A DNA stretch of 64,000 bases, filler included, from Asterionella formosa (taxonomy: Eukaryota), in the NCBI GenBank assembly GCA_002256025.1. It is 17 parts of 17 records of this genome, joined end to end, with 100 filler letters (N's around TTAATTAATTAA, not from the genome) between each part and the next. Parts side by side here need not be neighbours in the genome. Positions count along the whole stretch, not along the records: positions 60,057 to 62,012 come from NKIB01000769.1; positions 62,113 to 64,000 come from NKIB01000925.1; 15 more parts are not named here. One strand, 5' to 3'. Shown in pieces: positions 61,584-64,000 of the stretch. The notes beneath the pieces were generated by a model. The model had not been told where the DNA came from. It ran no database searches and saw only the letters and a list, made by a program, of their open reading frames with translations. Position 1 is the stretch's first letter; every line of letters starts with the position of its first letter. Position numbers and translations under genes: made by a program.

Positions 61584-62779
61584 TGCCTTGTCGAGGCGCT
61601 TTCGAGGTCATGATGTTGGTATTGTGATGGGTGATGGGTGACTTTTGTGTGTTTGCATTTAATTTTTGTATTCATAATTCGGGCGCGCCAGGAATTCCTA
61701 TTTGACGTTTTCCATTAGTGAATTTATCTCTTTATTATGGCGCACGAGCGAAAGCGCAATGACGTCGTAGCCATATTGAATAAATTTTAGAGGATACTAA
61801 ATTAGTTTTCTAGCGGAGGAATATTATGATAGCTGCATACGTATATAAAAGGTGATGCTTGCTCAATCGAGTAAACGTGAAAATATCCAATTTTCGCAAT
61901 TTCACGTCGACAGCAACCTTTGGGCGATAATACCTAATTAACAATGTACACAATGCAACAATACAAGTACGGAAGTATTTACTCGCTATATAAATCTGAA
62001 CAACTCGTTCGTNNNNNNNNNNNNNNNNNNNNNNNNNNNNNNNNNNNNNNNNNNNNTTAATTAATTAANNNNNNNNNNNNNNNNNNNNNNNNNNNNNNNN
62101 NNNNNNNNNNNNTTATCACCCCACATCCACGGACCATGTCGTAGGCATCACCGGATCAATTAGATCCAAGATTAAAATTCCTATGTTTTGTACTCCGAGT
62201 ACTCACCAAACAACAAGCATCTTAAAATCAGGAACACGATATAAACGTAAGCATGAATGATTTTAAGCTTTTAAAACAACACCCACATTTTCAATCAGTT
62301 CTGATGATATCAATTCAGCGATGTGGGTTTCACATGTATTCATGCATAAGTATATCACATTTGCATCATTGTAGTTTTCATAATATTTATCCTATTTCCT
62401 ATGTGTGCACATGTATTAATATGTAATTACAAGTAGTTCAAACCCGAAGCAGGTATCCCTGCGCTCTGAATGAGATCCCGTATCTTGCTATGTAACTACC
62501 GGTACATGTGCTCGGAGTACCTGGTACACACTCTCTATCACATAAAAATAGATACCCAAATCACGTTGTTCTGCTTCACCAGCTCGTTTGCCAGCCCCTG
62601 AGGCTGCGCCAACTTAATCTGTCAACGATCCCCTTCACTCAGTTTTCGTGTTCTCTCTTCTTTCTGATCGTACTGTATAATATACTTCGGTAAAACAATG
62701 TATTCTCCAAGAATATGAATCTTTATCAGTCACAAACCTAACACCAATTTTGACCAATGCCATTTGCCACTATAAACCC

Positions 62780-64000
62780 ATGAATGAAACCTCGAGCAAC
62801 GTTGCAACAACGATGCCGTCATCGTTACGGGAGAGGCGAAAAGCCATCGCCAGAAAGAAGGATAGCGCGCAAACATTAGCGACGACAATATCGTCATGCG
62901 ATACAAGCTATTGCACGGAATCTTCCTTACCACGTGATCACATAGCAGAAAATTACGGTCAACCTCCTGTTGGACGCATCTACCGGCAAGCTAGTGCAGG
63001 ACCTTCACTCAACAGTTCCAGCCTAACTCTTCCTCCTCGACTCTCTCGAGAATCATCTTCAGAATCATCTGGATCTGCAGCTCGAAAGAGGTCCATTGGC
63101 GGCACGCACAAGTTACATTACGACTACGAAAAGCAGAACTGCCGTGATGACAGCGACCTTGAGCTGATTCGACAACAACACGAAATCATGGAGCAGATAC
63201 AACAAGAACAGGAAGCTTTCATCAGAGTCAATGAGCAGTACGAGTGCTCAGCTTCGCTTAAGAACACACCTTCCGGGAAGGAATACCACTTTCCGTCATT
63301 GCCACCTCGCTGGTCACCAATGCGTACAACACCAACGAGGCCGGACAAACCAGTTTTGTCTTCCACACGACCGCCGACTGACAATGAAAACATTTTAGAC
63401 ATGTACATTGATGATCCATCCATTATACATGAACAACAACGCATCATGGATGAAATTCTCCGGCAGCAGCGACCAAAAGATGCGCCATCACGACACGATC
63501 ATGTTCTGTCACCCAGCAGATCCGCCATCGCCGCTGCTGCTATTGCTAAGCGTGCTGCTTTGGCGGTGACCGTTACCAGCGAGGGGAATAGTACCCAAGG
63601 ATTTCGTCAATGCCAATCCAGAAGTATGCATGTGCCTGCTTCAACAGTAGCTCGTCATCCGGAAGCGCCCTTACCATTTGCCTCTGTGAAACTACCAGCT
63701 GTCGAATATTCTGCAAACAACCGATCAAGCAAGAACACTAGGCAGAATACGAACAATGATCACGACGACGTCTTGGTAACTCTGCATGGTCAAAAAAAGT
63801 CCCTTCGAATCAAGGGCACTCGTCATACGTGGAAAGCTATTGAAGAGGGCAGAGCTACGCTTGTCCAATGCCTCAATTGTTTAACTATCCTTCAAATAGG
63901 TCGAATGGCGGAATTTGTTTTTTGTACCAAATGTGAAGAAGTTTCTCCTATCGTTCAAGTTGATGGCAAGAGCACAAGTGATGACGGACAAATCGCTCGA
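62780..64000 (+). CDS. Low-complexity protein with a C-terminal LSD1-like zinc ribbon; runs off the window
   Basis: Open frame from ATG 62780 to the window end, absent from the ORF track because it has no stop. It ends ...LRIKGTRHTWKAIEEGRATLVQCLNCLTILQIGRMAEFVFCTKCEEVSPI. Confidence 0.8.
   Translation, partial: MNETSSNVATTMPSSLRERRKAIARKKDSAQTLATTISSCDTSYCTESSLPRDHIAENYGQPPVGRIYRQASAGPSLNSSSLTLPPRLSRESSSESSGSAARKRSIGGTHKLHYDYEKQNCRDDSDLELIRQQHEIMEQIQQEQEAFIRVNEQYECSASLKNTPSGKEYHFPSLPPRWSPMRTTPTRPDKPVLSSTRPPTDNENILDMYIDDPSIIHEQQRIMDEILRQQRPKDAPSRHDHVLSPSRSAIAAAAIAKRAALAVTVTSEGNSTQGFRQCQSRSMHVPASTVARHPEAPLPFASVKLPAVEYSANNRSSKNTRQNTNNDHDDVLVTLHGQKKSLRIKGTRHTWKAIEEGRATLVQCLNCLTILQIGRMAEFVFCTKCEEVSPIVQVDGKSTSDDGQIAR

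Noticed and set aside
31112..62112. TTAATTAATTAA as a biological repeat, and gene neighbourhoods across the N-runs
   Set aside because: It is an artificial linker between size-sorted contigs. ORFs containing X, and adjacency across gaps, are meaningless.

Overview
Eukaryotic DNA, almost certainly from a diatom: short GT-AG introns, ASAF-type bipartite plastid presequences and CoDi-type Copia elements. Bases 1-31111 are one real contig. It has a TE-rich left flank and a block of eight host genes: a multi-TM class-3 lipase, PAF1, a plastid protein of unknown function, a gluconokinase-like kinase, a DUF1118/RIQ-like protein, a PTPS/QueD-family protein, an Era GTPase and a PiT phosphate transporter. 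A PIF/Harbinger element sits inside this block. After 31111 the window is a concatenation of unplaced ~1.96-kb contigs in descending size order, joined by artificial 100-bp N/TTAATTAATTAA linkers, so neighbourhood across the linkers carries no information. These contigs are mostly TE fragments (Copia, Gypsy, Ginger-like, Pong, pogo, PF20700-type) and satellites. The most notable observations are: (1) the ubiquitous TACCGGTA/TACCAGGTA/TACCTGGTA motifs behave like stacked excision footprints of TA-targeting elements with CC...GG termini, and candidate source elements lie in the window; (2) a dispersed ~1.4-kb repeat is twice preceded by fragments of the PGRL1 gene, suggesting gene capture; (3) a 194-bp satellite with a 4-mer higher-order structure appears to be anchored inside a transposon; (4) an unexplained ~230-bp GC-rich structured island carries two Pol III B-boxes. 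All family assignments come from motif recognition by eye, not from database searches.
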